A DNA stretch of 64,000 nt from Succiniclasticum sp. (GTDB lineage Bacteria; Bacillota; Negativicutes; Acidaminococcales; Acidaminococcaceae): contig CP181265.1 in the NCBI GenBank assembly GCA_047835465.1, positions 297,257 to 361,256 on the forward strand. The letters run 5' to 3'. A program made the position numbers and the translations under genes. Each line of letters opens with the position of its first letter. The first letter of the stretch is position 1. A model generated the notes under the pieces. It was not told the DNA's origin and searched no databases. It saw only the letters and a program-made list of their open reading frames with translations. Shown here one piece after another: positions 28,823-39,467 of this stretch.

Positions 28823-29761
28823 ATGACGGAAGATACCAAAATATCCCTTGTCCTGGCGTCGGACGACAAGTATGCGCAGCATGCTGCCGTGGCAATGGCG
28901 TCGGTCCTGGCGAACGCGGGCAGCCCGGAACGGATTCAGTTTTTCCTGATCGACGACGGGATTTCGGCGGAGGGAAAGCGGCGGATGCAGGAGACGACAG
29001 CCCGCTGGCACAGCACGGTCTCGTTTCTGACCATCCGAAACAAAGAACTGGAACAAGGCTTCGTCAGCGGGAATCTGTCCCGCACGGCCTATTTCCGCCT
29101 GGATATTCCGGATATCGTTCCGCCGGATGTAACCCGGGTGATTTATCTGGACTGCGACCTGCTGGTCCTGCAGGATGTGCGGGAGCTGTGGGAATGGGAT
29201 CTGGAGGGAAAGCCCGTTGGAGCGACAGAGGACTTCGGCATTCTGACCTCGGCGGGGAAACGGCGCGGGAAGACAGAGTCCTTCGGCTGGCAGCCGTCCC
29301 TGTCCTATTTTAATTCCGGTGTGCTGCTGCTGGATGTGGCCCAATGGCGTACGCAGGATTACGGCGCCCGGCTGCGGGCGCTGCTGGCGAAACAGCAATA
29401 CCGCCACCACGACCAGGATGCGCTGAACGAACTGTTTATGGGGAATTGGACCGTCCTGCCCCTGCGATGGAATGTCATCCCCCCGGTGTATCATCTGGGC
29501 TGGGGCGTCCTGCGGCACAAGGAGTACCGCAGACAGGCGCTGGAAGCGCTGCGCCATCCGGCCATCGTGCACTATGCCGGCGGGTACAAGCCGTGGCAGT
29601 ATCCGCGGACAGAGGGGTTCAACAGTGCCTATTACCGGTATCTCGCCTTGTCTGGTTTCCGGGACGTGAAGATGCCACAGCCCGGCGGCAAGGCTCATTC
29701 GTGGCGCCATGAAGCGCTGCGCCTCGCCTGGGCGTCCTGGATCCGGAAATTGTTGTCTTGA
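28823..29761 (+). CDS. Glycosyltransferase family 8
   Basis: YFRL, YLDCD, YFNSGV, HDQDALN, HYAG..KPW. Confidence 0.92.
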   Translation: MTEDTKISLVLASDDKYAQHAAVAMASVLANAGSPERIQFFLIDDGISAEGKRRMQETTARWHSTVSFLTIRNKELEQGFVSGNLSRTAYFRLDIPDIVPPDVTRVIYLDCDLLVLQDVRELWEWDLEGKPVGATEDFGILTSAGKRRGKTESFGWQPSLSYFNSGVLLLDVAQWRTQDYGARLRALLAKQQYRHHDQDALNELFMGNWTVLPLRWNVIPPVYHLGWGVLRHKEYRRQALEALRHPAIVHYAGGYKPWQYPRTEGFNSAYYRYLALSGFRDVKMPQPGGKAHSWRHEALRLAWASWIRKLLS

Positions 29762-29768
29762 GGTGCGT

Positions 29769-30554
29769 ATGAGCAGCCTGTGTGTGGTCATTCTGACGAA
29801 GAACGAAGAAAAAAATATCGGCGCGACCATCGACAATGCCCGCCTGGTGACGGAGGAGGTGCTGCTGGTAGACAGCGGCAGCACGGACCGCACGCTGGCG
29901 ATTGCCAGAGAAAAAGGCGCCCGCGTTGCCTTTCGCGCCTGGGATGACGACTTCGCGGCACAGCGCAATTTCGCGTTGACACAGACGACGGCAGACTGGG
30001 TACTCTACCTGGATGCCGATGAACACTTGAATCCGGAACTGGCAGAGGCGGTCCGGCGGGTACTGCAGGGGACAGTGCCCGGGGGGAACGACCGCCAGTA
30101 TGTGTTCCGGCGCAAGACGGTGGCGTTTGGAAGAACCTATAACCATGGAGCCATGGCGCCGGACGACGTGCCGCGCCTGTTTCCGCGGCAGCGCGTGCAC
30201 TGGGTTCACAAGGTGCACGAACGGCCGGTCTGTGACCTGCCGTCGGTGGCGCTTCCGGGGTATGTGGAACATTATACGTACGACAGCTGGCACAGCTGGG
30301 CGGAAAAGGCGAACCGGTACACCAGTATCTGGGCGGAAGATCAGTTCGCCAACGGAAAACGCGTCGGTGGGGGGGCCGCCGTGTCTCACGCTCTGGCAGG
30401 CTTTTTCAAGGTGCTGGTACTGCGGGCCGGATTCCTGGACGGATGGCCCGGCATCTACCTGTGCTGCTGTCACGGATTTTATACGCTGCTGAAGTACATG
30501 AAACTGTACGAATGTCAGCAAAATGATGAGGAAAACAGGCGCATGCGCCGATGA
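29769..30554 (+). CDS. Glycosyltransferase family 2 (WaaE/KdtX-like)
   Basis: ILTKNEE, VDSGSTD, FAAQRNFAL, LDADE, VHE. Confidence 0.9.
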   Translation: MSSLCVVILTKNEEKNIGATIDNARLVTEEVLLVDSGSTDRTLAIAREKGARVAFRAWDDDFAAQRNFALTQTTADWVLYLDADEHLNPELAEAVRRVLQGTVPGGNDRQYVFRRKTVAFGRTYNHGAMAPDDVPRLFPRQRVHWVHKVHERPVCDLPSVALPGYVEHYTYDSWHSWAEKANRYTSIWAEDQFANGKRVGGGAAVSHALAGFFKVLVLRAGFLDGWPGIYLCCCHGFYTLLKYMKLYECQQNDEENRRMRR

Positions 30555-30569
30555 ATGAGGGAAGTCGTC

Positions 30570-32018
30570 ATGGAAGAAAATCATCTGAAACCAGCGAAAA
30601 ATTTGTTCGGGTACTCCTATAATGCCCTGACTGTGGCGCTGATTTTTCTTATTTCGGACTACGCGGCCGTCGTCCTGGCAGGAGAGACGGCGTTTTCTCT
30701 GCGCAACTGGATTATGTCCAGCACTCGTCCCATGCATTTGTCCTGGTTGAATCTGCATGTCATCTGCCCCTTGATCTACATATTGTTCCTGCAGCTGCAT
30801 GATCTGTATACCAAAGACCGTCAGTTCTGGCGAGTCATCCAGCAGATTTTCCACAGCAGCATCTATGCTATCACGTCCATCATCATCCTGATGTACATTG
30901 CCAGGCTGTCGGGCTCGACATCCCGGCTGTATGTCGGGTTGCTGTGGATTTTTTCCTTTGCGTTCCTGGTTCTGTTCCGCTACATCGTCAAGCGGGTCCT
31001 GCTGCATTTCCGGCTGCTGGGTGAGCCGGTTCTGCTCATGGGGGCAGGGAAAACGGCAGAGATCCTGCTGCGCCACTTGCGCAACGAACACATGGGGTTC
31101 TGGTTCATCGGGTATTTGGAGGATAACCGTCCGAACGAGTACGTCGCGTCCCGCCTGCGCCATTTGGGCCGCTTCCGCGACGCCCAGCGCGTCATCCGCA
31201 TTACGGGCGTGCAGCGCGTGCTTGTCATTGCGCCGGGCCTGTCCAAGGAAAGCATCCAGGACATCGTCTACGACCTGCAGCCCCTGGTCCGGAAAATAGC
31301 CTTCATTCCCGACATGGGGAATATGCCGCTGGCGACCATGGATTTGGAAAGTTTGATTGACGGACACATCGTCATGTTCCGCATGCGCAACAATTTGAAA
31401 AACCGGTGGAACCGGATCGCCAAGTTCCTCTTCGACTGGATCCTGACATTTTTCGGAACCATTGCCATTTCACCCATCCTGCTGGCGATTGCCCTCTGGG
31501 TCTACCATGACTCCCCGGGTCCGGTCATCTTCAAGCACCGCCGTGTGGGCCGCAACGGCAAGGAATTCGATTGCTACAAGTTCCGCAGCATGTGCGTCGA
31601 CGCCGACGTCAAGCTCAAGGAACTGCTGGAGCGGGATCCAGCGGCCCGCGAAGAATGGAACCGCGATTTCAAGCTGAAAGACGACCCGCGCATTACGAAG
31701 AGCGGCCATTTCCTGCGCCGCACCAGTCTGGACGAACTGCCGCAGATTTTCAATGTCCTGAAAGGCGAAATGAGCCTCGTCGGCCCCCGTCCCATCATCC
31801 AGGAAGAAGTGCCGCGGTACGGCCGCTTCATCCAGGACTACTACATGGTCCGGCCCGGCATTACGGGCATGTGGCAGACGAGCGGCCGCAGCGATGTGGA
31901 TTATCCGGAGCGCGTCGCCATGGATTCGTGGTATGTGCGCAACTGGAATGTCTGGTTCGACATCGTGTTGTTGTGGCGGACTTTTTCCGTCGTGTTCAGC
32001 AAAAAAGGCGCGTATTAA
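30570..32018 (+). CDS. wbaP: Undecaprenyl-phosphate galactose phosphotransferase
   Basis: YKFRSM, DPRITK.G.FLRRTSLDELPQ.FNVLKGEMSLVGPRP, RPGITGMWQ. Confidence 0.88.
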   Translation: MEENHLKPAKNLFGYSYNALTVALIFLISDYAAVVLAGETAFSLRNWIMSSTRPMHLSWLNLHVICPLIYILFLQLHDLYTKDRQFWRVIQQIFHSSIYAITSIIILMYIARLSGSTSRLYVGLLWIFSFAFLVLFRYIVKRVLLHFRLLGEPVLLMGAGKTAEILLRHLRNEHMGFWFIGYLEDNRPNEYVASRLRHLGRFRDAQRVIRITGVQRVLVIAPGLSKESIQDIVYDLQPLVRKIAFIPDMGNMPLATMDLESLIDGHIVMFRMRNNLKNRWNRIAKFLFDWILTFFGTIAISPILLAIALWVYHDSPGPVIFKHRRVGRNGKEFDCYKFRSMCVDADVKLKELLERDPAAREEWNRDFKLKDDPRITKSGHFLRRTSLDELPQIFNVLKGEMSLVGPRPIIQEEVPRYGRFIQDYYMVRPGITGMWQTSGRSDVDYPERVAMDSWYVRNWNVWFDIVLLWRTFSVVFSKKGAY

Positions 32019-32031
32019 GTAACGTAACACT

Positions 32032-32070
32032 AAAAACAGTCTTTCTGAATCCGGAAGGACTGTTTTTTTT
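32032..32070 (+). terminator. Intrinsic terminator after wbaP
   Basis: AAAAACAGTCTTTC...GAAGGACTGTTTTTTTT. Confidence 0.8.
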
Positions 32071-32174
32071 AGCATGTTTTCAAGAAATTTCCAATTATTT
32101 TTAAAACAGCGTAGTATTTGTCGCACCACCCATCTATAATAGGTATATGAACAGAAAACGAGGTGATCCAGTGC

Positions 32175-34361
32175 ATGAACGGAATATTTAAGCCGGAAGC
32201 GGTGTCATCCTCGGCAATCATTGCCCATCTTGATGAACAGCAGCGAATACAGACTGTAGCAGAACATTGCCATAACGTAGCGGACATGGCAAAAAGTTTT
32301 GCTCCACCATTTTTAGCTGAGGCAGCTTATCAGTGTGGATTGTACCATGACACGGGAAAATGTTCTCAAGAATTTCAGCAATACATACGCGGAATTCGTC
32401 GTTTGAGAGTAGATCATTCCACGGCAGGTGCCCAACTTTTAATTCGGCAGAGGACAACGTCAAGTTTGTATGAAGCGTTTTGCATAGCTGGACATCATGC
32501 GGGGTTGCCGGATGGGGGGACTCAGGCAGATAACCCACAGGATGGAACTTTTTGTGCACGAATGAAGAAAAAAATCCCTGATTACGCGCGTTATCATGAT
32601 GAAATCGGAGAACCTGTACTGGTACGAGATAACCAGACTCTGAAAGATATTCAGGGGGATAAGGATGCAATAACAGAGTCTCTGGTGGTGCGTATGCTCT
32701 TTTCCAGTTTGGTTGACGCGGACTTTTTGGATACGGAAAGATTTGTTGAAGGAAAAGAGATTCGCACGAAGTATTACGATTCGATGGATCAGCTATACGA
32801 CAAGTTTTTTGATATGTTGACTCAAAAGGGGTTCTTTGATCCGCACAGTTCAATTAACGTGAAACGTACTGCCATCCTGAGAGAAAGCATTGAGGGCGCT
32901 GGATATAAACCGGGACTTTTCACAATGACTGTTCCTACAGGAGGAGGAAAGACGATTTCTGCTTTTGCCTTTGCTATGGAACATGCAAAACGGTATCACA
33001 AAAAGAGAATCATTTACGTAATCCCTTATACTTCTATCATAGAGCAAACGGTAGAAGTTCTGCAGTCCTTATTGGGAAAAGAGAATGTCCTGGCCCATCA
33101 TAGCCAGGTTGACTATGATGATGTCTCGGAAACAATGGTGCAACAACGGCTGGCGACAGAAAATTGGGACGCCCCCGTTATTGTTACGACCAATGTACAA
33201 TTCCTGGAATCTCTTTTTAGCAATAAATCTTCCCGCTGTAGAAAACTGCACAATATTGCGGACAGTGTCATCTTGATGGATGAAGCGCAGATGTTGCCGA
33301 TTCCGTATCTGTCTCCGATACTTGCGTGTATCAAGAGCCTTGTAAAATGGTTTTCATGTTCTGTCTTACTATGCAGCGCAACACAGCCGCACTTGGAGCG
33401 ATATATATCTGGTGTACCCTTCCGAGAACTTATTTCGAATATTCCGGAACTATATGATTTTTTCGAGCGTACGACTTTCACTGACGAGGGCAGACTGGAA
33501 TATGATGAGGTTGCCGCTGCGGTCGAACAACGCGAACAGGTGCTATGTATCTGTCTTACAAAAAAGGAAGCATGGGAAATCTACAATCGTGTGCACGGAC
33601 CTTGTATCTACCTTTCTACAGAGTTATGTCCGAAGCACCGGTCGCAAGTGATTGGAAAAGTAAAGAAACTGCTCCGCGAAAAGAAGCCATGCAAAGTTAT
33701 TTCTACCAGCATTATTTCAGTTGGGGTAGACATAGATTTCCCCGAAGTGTTTCTAGAACAAACCGGATTGGACTCATTGATTCAAGGAGCAGGCCGATGC
33801 AACAGGGAGGGAAGAAACACCTGCGAGGAGAGTCAGGTACATATTTTTCGGACGGAAGCATCCGAAATAAGTCGTTTCCTGAGGAAGGAACGGCAATGTA
33901 CCGATTTGACGATTCGTTACCACCGTAATCTTGCAAGTCCGGAAGCAATTCAATATTATTTCCAAACACTTTATCAGAATAACGAACAAGGAATGGATAA
34001 GCAGAATATCCTGAAACTCTCAGGGACATTTCAATTTAAAACGATTGAAGATAGGTTCCAAATTATAGAGGATCGGACAAAAGCGTTATTTATTCCGTTG
34101 GATGAAGAAGCAAAGCAGATTGAGCAGCAGCTTCGCCTAGGTGTTAGAAATCGGGAGTTGATGCGAAAAGCTGGGAAATACATAATTTCTGTGTGGTCAA
34201 CCGTGTCTCTGGAGCAACCTGGTCTTTATGAGCAATTGCTGAATGAAGGTTTTGCAGAGAAGTTGGATCCGGAGCTGGCAGTACTAAGAGATTTATCTCT
34301 TTACCATCCGGTTACTGGATTTCATTATAAAAAAGAAGAAGGGAGGGGCCTGTTCGTTTAA
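32175..34361 (+). CDS. cas3: CRISPR-associated helicase/nuclease Cas3 (type I-C)
   Basis: HD domain (EHCHNV, YHDTGK, DHSTAG, HHAGL), PTGGGKT, DEAQ, SAT, Q.AGRCNREG. Confidence 0.95.
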   Translation: MNGIFKPEAVSSSAIIAHLDEQQRIQTVAEHCHNVADMAKSFAPPFLAEAAYQCGLYHDTGKCSQEFQQYIRGIRRLRVDHSTAGAQLLIRQRTTSSLYEAFCIAGHHAGLPDGGTQADNPQDGTFCARMKKKIPDYARYHDEIGEPVLVRDNQTLKDIQGDKDAITESLVVRMLFSSLVDADFLDTERFVEGKEIRTKYYDSMDQLYDKFFDMLTQKGFFDPHSSINVKRTAILRESIEGAGYKPGLFTMTVPTGGGKTISAFAFAMEHAKRYHKKRIIYVIPYTSIIEQTVEVLQSLLGKENVLAHHSQVDYDDVSETMVQQRLATENWDAPVIVTTNVQFLESLFSNKSSRCRKLHNIADSVILMDEAQMLPIPYLSPILACIKSLVKWFSCSVLLCSATQPHLERYISGVPFRELISNIPELYDFFERTTFTDEGRLEYDEVAAAVEQREQVLCICLTKKEAWEIYNRVHGPCIYLSTELCPKHRSQVIGKVKKLLREKKPCKVISTSIISVGVDIDFPEVFLEQTGLDSLIQGAGRCNREGRNTCEESQVHIFRTEASEISRFLRKERQCTDLTIRYHRNLASPEAIQYYFQTLYQNNEQGMDKQNILKLSGTFQFKTIEDRFQIIEDRTKALFIPLDEEAKQIEQQLRLGVRNRELMRKAGKYIISVWSTVSLEQPGLYEQLLNEGFAEKLDPELAVLRDLSLYHPVTGFHYKKEEGRGLFV

Positions 34362-34398
34362 TTTATCAGAAGGAATAGTTTATACAAGAGGTGATTTT

Positions 34399-35052
34399 AT
34401 GAGTTTTGGCATCCGCATGGAATGTTGGGGAGCCTATGCCTGTTTCACCAGGCCGGAAATGAAGGTGGAACGTGTTTCCTACGACGTTATGACTCCATCT
34501 GCTGCACGTGGCCTGATTGAAGCAATTTACTGGCATCCCGGCTTACGCTACGTTATTGACGAAATAGCGGTATTGTCACCAATCAAGATGACGAACATAC
34601 GGCGTAATGAGGTGAATTCCAAGATATCGGCAACCGGAGCGATTACTGCGGTAAAAAATTCTCAACGTCTGTGCCTGGCGACACAGCGTGATCGTACGCA
34701 ACGAGCTGCGACCGTTTTGAAAGATGTACACTATTGCATATCTTTTCATTTCGAGATGACGAATCAAGCAACACCCTCGGACAATCCGGGAAAATTCAAG
34801 GACATTTTGACCAGACGTCTTCGCAGGGGTCAATGTTATCACCAACCGTATTTTGGTACGAGGGAATTCCCAGCGAGTTTTCGTTTGGTAGAAGATGAAG
34901 AGCAAATGAATCCATACCCCGTTACCAAGGATCTTGGTTACATGTTGTACGACATGGATTATAAAAATCCTCAGGATGTTCATCCAATGTTTTTTCATGC
35001 AATGTTGAACAAGGGAGTCATGGATGTTAGAAATTGCGAGGTGCACCAATGA
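34399..35052 (+). CDS. cas5: Cas5c (Cas5d), type I-C
   Basis: ACFTRPEMKVERVSY..MTPSAARG..EAIYWHP and PYFGTREF. Confidence 0.96.
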   Translation: MSFGIRMECWGAYACFTRPEMKVERVSYDVMTPSAARGLIEAIYWHPGLRYVIDEIAVLSPIKMTNIRRNEVNSKISATGAITAVKNSQRLCLATQRDRTQRAATVLKDVHYCISFHFEMTNQATPSDNPGKFKDILTRRLRRGQCYHQPYFGTREFPASFRLVEDEEQMNPYPVTKDLGYMLYDMDYKNPQDVHPMFFHAMLNKGVMDVRNCEVHQ

Positions 35053-36869
35053 TTTTAGAGGCATTGATGCAGTATTACGACATACTAGCTCGCCAGGGAA
35101 AAGTTCCTTTGCGTAATTGGAGCCGCGCCGGCGTTTCCGATCGATTGATGCTAGATGATTCGGGCTGCCTGGTTGGAATTGTATCTGCCAAAGTTATGGC
35201 CCAGCGGGGGAAAAAAGAGGTTGAAGTAGACTCGCAATTACTCGTGCCGGAGCGTATGAAAAAAACGAGCGGAATTCGCCCGCAATTTTTATGTGATTCA
35301 GCCTATGTTCTCCTCGGGGTGGATTTTTCTGCTGAAACCGGCAGTTCAAGCGGCAAGAGCACAAGGCAAAGGAATCCGCAACGGGCAATAAAATCCTTTG
35401 AAGCTTCCAGAGAGTTTCATCAAAAAATCTTGCGAGGATGTACATCAAAAGAAGCAAAAGCACTTCTGAAATTCTTTGATAGCTGGAATCCTGAGACAGC
35501 ATTGTCTCACCCTGTTGTTGTAAAAAATCATGAAGAGCTGTCGACGTCTACAAATCTGATATTCAATGTGGACGGACAGGATGTGCAAGAAGTTCCAGAT
35601 GTGAAGGAGGCTTGGAATACTTACCAGGAAGAAAAACAGAAAGAGGCAATCCGGGGACAATGTCTGGTGACGGGGGAAGAGGATGTTCCTATTGCTGTCC
35701 TTCATCCGAACATTAAGGGAGTTCAGGGAGCACAGGCATCAGGAGCCTCGTTTGTAACTTTCAACAAACGTGCTTTTGAGTCATATGGACATACGGATGG
35801 GCAGGGATTGAATGCACCCGTCAGCAAGGAGGCGGCTTTCGCCTATACTACGGCTTTGAATTATCTTCTTCAGTCAGATAATAAAGTGTACCTGGGAGAT
35901 ACGACCATCGTTTTTTGGGCACAGAACGGAGAAGAGGCCTATCAGACTTTTTCTTCCAATTTCTTCTCGGATAAACCGACCGCAGACGCTGATGATGCTA
36001 CGATTAGAACAGTTCTTCGCAAAATGGCGTCTGGTCAGCCGGCTGATTTCAATGGGCATTCTCTGAATCCTGAAACGACATTCTATATCCTTGGCATTGC
36101 GCCGAATGCATCCAGACTTTCTATCCGTTTTATTTGGCGAGATTCATTTGGCTCCTTCCTGCAGCATATGTGCGAGCATCAGAAACGAATGGAGTTGATT
36201 GGGCCAACGTGGGAGACGAAGAAAATCCTGTCGCTAAAGCGTATAACACGTGCGACCGTGAATCCGCATTCAAAGGATGATGCTTCGTCGCCGTTGCTGA
36301 CAGGAAGTTTGATTCGGAGTATCCTCACCGGAATGCCATATCCAGAGGCCTTATATCGAAATATAATTTTACGAATCTACGCGGACCATGATGATTCTGA
36401 AAAGGAGATAACCAAAGTTTCTTATGTACGCGCTGCAATAATCAAGGCATACCTGCTTCGAAATTGCAAGAAAGGATGGGTGAAAAATATTACCATGGCT
36501 GTCAACGAAAATTGCAATGAAATCGCTTATGTATTGGGGAGGCTGTTTTCTGTCCTAGAAAACTTGCAGATAACGGCTAATCCAGATGTCAATACGACAA
36601 TTAAGGATAGATATTTTAATGCGGCTTGTGCAACACCGTCCGTGGCATTTGCGCCGTTGTTGAAGCTGGCAAATGCGCATTTGGGGAAACTGGACGAGAG
36701 AAAGGGTACCTTTTTCCGAAAGAAAATTGGCCAACTCCTGGATAAAATTGCTGTGACTGACAGCGGGACTGCTATCCCTGCAAGGTTGTCCATGGATGAG
36801 CAAGGCTTGTTTATTTTAGGCTATTATCAAGAAACACAAGTACGTTTTTCGAAAAAGGAGGATAAATGA
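35049..36869 (+). CDS. cas8c: Cas8c (Csd1)
   Basis: CLVTG, HPNIKGV, SFVTFN..AFESYG, GIAPNASRLS, LGRLFS.LE, GYY. Confidence 0.95.
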   Translation: MILEALMQYYDILARQGKVPLRNWSRAGVSDRLMLDDSGCLVGIVSAKVMAQRGKKEVEVDSQLLVPERMKKTSGIRPQFLCDSAYVLLGVDFSAETGSSSGKSTRQRNPQRAIKSFEASREFHQKILRGCTSKEAKALLKFFDSWNPETALSHPVVVKNHEELSTSTNLIFNVDGQDVQEVPDVKEAWNTYQEEKQKEAIRGQCLVTGEEDVPIAVLHPNIKGVQGAQASGASFVTFNKRAFESYGHTDGQGLNAPVSKEAAFAYTTALNYLLQSDNKVYLGDTTIVFWAQNGEEAYQTFSSNFFSDKPTADADDATIRTVLRKMASGQPADFNGHSLNPETTFYILGIAPNASRLSIRFIWRDSFGSFLQHMCEHQKRMELIGPTWETKKILSLKRITRATVNPHSKDDASSPLLTGSLIRSILTGMPYPEALYRNIILRIYADHDDSEKEITKVSYVRAAIIKAYLLRNCKKGWVKNITMAVNENCNEIAYVLGRLFSVLENLQITANPDVNTTIKDRYFNAACATPSVAFAPLLKLANAHLGKLDERKGTFFRKKIGQLLDKIAVTDSGTAIPARLSMDEQGLFILGYYQETQVRFSKKEDK

Positions 36870-36871
36870 CC

Positions 36872-37756
36872 ATGAGTGAACCGATTAAAAACCGCTATGA
36901 TTTCGTTGTACTTTTTGATGTCACAAATGGAAATCCGAACGGAGATCCTGACGCAGGGAATCTGCCGCGCGTCGATCCCGAAACCGGGTTGGGGTTGGTG
37001 ACTGATGTTTGTTTAAAACGTAAAATCCGTAATTATGTGGAAGCAGCAAAAGAGAATGAACCTGGTTTTCGGATTTATGTTAAAGAGAATGTCCCATTGG
37101 AAAGTAATGATCGGGAGGCATATGCTTACCTCGGTGTGAAGGACGTCGAATCCGCCAAGAAAAAGGACCCGGATTTTGATGAAAAAGTTCGGGATTTTAT
37201 GTGTAAAAATTTCTATGACATTCGTACGTTTGGCGCAGTGATGACAACCTATGTGAAGGACAAACTTGCCTTTGGACAAGTGAGAGGGCCGGTACAGTTT
37301 GGATTTGCAAGATCTGTGGAACCGATTACCCCGCAGGAGGTTACCATTACGCGCTGTGCAATTACAACAAACAAAGATGCTGAGAAGAAGAAGACAGAAA
37401 TGGGACGGAAGTATATTGTCCCTTATGCCTTGTATAAGGCAGAGGGATATGTTTCTGCCAACTTGGCACGGAAGACAACGGGATTTAGCGAGGAGGACCT
37501 TCGCCTCTTGTGGGAAGCTATCATCAACATGTTTGAACTGGATCATTCGGCTGCCAGAGGGAACATGGCAGTAAGAGAGCTGATTGTTTTTAAGCATGAC
37601 TCGGAATTAGGAAATGCGCCATCGTATAAACTTTTTGACAGAGTTCACGTAGTTCCGAAAAAAGAAGGCAAGGTAGCGAGGGAGTACCAGGATTATGTTG
37701 TGACCGTTGACACAGAGGATCTTCCTAGTGGTGTAACTTGCAAAAGAATGATTTAA
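36872..37756 (+). CDS. cas7: Cas7c (Csd2)
   Basis: NGNPNGDPDAGNLPR, TDVCLKRKIRN, DIRTFG, RGPVQ, HSAARG. Confidence 0.96.
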   Translation: MSEPIKNRYDFVVLFDVTNGNPNGDPDAGNLPRVDPETGLGLVTDVCLKRKIRNYVEAAKENEPGFRIYVKENVPLESNDREAYAYLGVKDVESAKKKDPDFDEKVRDFMCKNFYDIRTFGAVMTTYVKDKLAFGQVRGPVQFGFARSVEPITPQEVTITRCAITTNKDAEKKKTEMGRKYIVPYALYKAEGYVSANLARKTTGFSEEDLRLLWEAIINMFELDHSAARGNMAVRELIVFKHDSELGNAPSYKLFDRVHVVPKKEGKVAREYQDYVVTVDTEDLPSGVTCKRMI

Positions 37757-37767
37757 GAGAGGTAGCC

Positions 37768-38430
37768 ATGGGTTATGAAGAAGATGAGTTCCGTATGATT
37801 TCCGAGCTCCAGCATTTTTCCTTTTGCCGGCGGCAGTGGGGACTTATTCATTTGGAGCAGGAATGGTCGGACAATTATTTAACTGCTGATGGCAATATTC
37901 TTCATAAAAGAGCCCACGAAAAATGGCTGAAAGAAAAAAGATCTGGAGTTCTTGTTGCGCGTGGACTGCGTGTGTTTTCCAGAGAGATGGGCGTGACAGG
38001 TGTCTGTGACGTAGTTGAGTTTTCACAATCTGATGACCCTACAGATGGGGCAATATTATTCAACCGTCCAGGCACTTGGAACGTTTATCCCATCGAATAT
38101 AAACGTGGAAAGCCAAAAAGCGAAGAGTGCGACAGACTACAATTGTGCTGCGAGGCGATGTGCCTGGAGGAGATGCTGAATTGCGTAATTCCAGAGGGGG
38201 CGTTGTATTATTTCGAGATTCGCCATCGTATCCCTGTCCCTTTGGATTCCTCATTGAGACAGCGTGTGAAAGAACTGTTAAAAGAAATCCATGAATATGC
38301 CGATCGTAAATTTATTCCTGTCGCTAAGGTAAAAAAGCAGTGCAAGAGCTGTTCTTTGAAAGACATCTGCCTGCCAAAACTCCAAGCTCCAAGTGTAAAA
38401 GAATATTATGCGGAAAGGCTGAAAGACTAA
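37768..38430 (+). CDS. cas4: Cas4
   Basis: LQHFSFC.RQW.LIH, D..EF, EYKRG, QLC, C..CSL...C. Confidence 0.95.
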   Translation: MGYEEDEFRMISELQHFSFCRRQWGLIHLEQEWSDNYLTADGNILHKRAHEKWLKEKRSGVLVARGLRVFSREMGVTGVCDVVEFSQSDDPTDGAILFNRPGTWNVYPIEYKRGKPKSEECDRLQLCCEAMCLEEMLNCVIPEGALYYFEIRHRIPVPLDSSLRQRVKELLKEIHEYADRKFIPVAKVKKQCKSCSLKDICLPKLQAPSVKEYYAERLKD

Positions 38431-38431
38431 C

Positions 38432-39463
38432 TTGAAACAACTTCTGAATACCCTGTTCGTGACATCGCAAAATAGTTTCCTCTCTCTGGAAAATGACAAC
38501 GTATTGGTGCACCTGGAGGAAGAGAAAGTAGCAAAAATACCTCTAATAAATCTGGAAAATATTCTTTACTTTGGCTTTAAAGGTGCTACTCCAGCATTAT
38601 TGGGTTATTGCGCTGATCGGAATATTTCATTTTGCAGCTTGACACCCGGAGGGAAGTTCTTATTTCGTGTTGTCGGAAAAAGCCGGGGTAATGTATTGCT
38701 TCGCCGCGAGCAGTACAGGCTGGCGGATGACCCGGCGCGGTGTTGTGAAATCGCGAAATACATGATTACTGGGAAAATAGGAAACTCTCGTTCCACATTG
38801 ATGCGGGCAGTAAGAGATCACGCTTTATCTTTAGATATCGATTCCTTTACCGATGGAATATTAGCGCTTAAAGTAGCCATTCAATCCTTAAAGAAAGCAG
38901 AATCGCTGGCAATGATTCGGGGAATTGAAGGCAAGGCAGCTGCCGTTTATTTTTCATTGTTCAATCAAATGGTTTTGGCAAACAAAGATTATTTCACCAT
39001 GAATGGAAGAAATAAGCGCCCGCCTCTAGATCCCGTCAATGCAATCTTATCATTCTGCTACACGTTATTAGCACATGATTGCGCTTCGGCACTAGAGAGT
39101 GTTGGATTAGATTCCTATGTTGGATTTATACACAGCGATCGTCCAGGCAGAGAATCATTGGCATTGGATTTGATGGAGGAATTGAGGAGCGTTTATGCCG
39201 ATCGTTTTGTGTTGACATTGATTAACAACCGCCGCCTGACTCCAAAACATTTTGCTATTACGGAGACGGGTGCCGTGTTACTGAAGGACGTAGGAAGGAA
39301 GATTGTTTTGCAGGACTGGCAAAAGCGGAAACAGGAGAAGATTGAGCATCCGTTTATTAAAGAGAAAATGGCTTGGGGCTTAGTTCCCTATGTGCAAGCT
39401 TTGTTGTTGGCAAAATATATTCGGAGGGATTTGGAAGGATATCCAGCCTTCCTTTGGGGCTGA
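38432..39463 (+). CDS. cas1: Cas1 (type I-C)
   Basis: TTG start; RGIEG.AA..YF, RNKRPPLDPVNA.LSF.Y, H..RPGR.SLALDLMEE. Confidence 0.96.
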   Translation: MKQLLNTLFVTSQNSFLSLENDNVLVHLEEEKVAKIPLINLENILYFGFKGATPALLGYCADRNISFCSLTPGGKFLFRVVGKSRGNVLLRREQYRLADDPARCCEIAKYMITGKIGNSRSTLMRAVRDHALSLDIDSFTDGILALKVAIQSLKKAESLAMIRGIEGKAAAVYFSLFNQMVLANKDYFTMNGRNKRPPLDPVNAILSFCYTLLAHDCASALESVGLDSYVGFIHSDRPGRESLALDLMEELRSVYADRFVLTLINNRRLTPKHFAITETGAVLLKDVGRKIVLQDWQKRKQEKIEHPFIKEKMAWGLVPYVQALLLAKYIRRDLEGYPAFLWG

Positions 39464-39467
39464 AATC

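Noticed and set aside
32120-32130. GTCGCACCACC upstream of cas3 as a solitary repeat or Cas-regulating mini-array
   Set aside because: Only about 8 nt resemble the repeat, with no stem and no ATTGAAAT end. The 37-bp cas3-cas5 gap also shows no repeat-like sequence.
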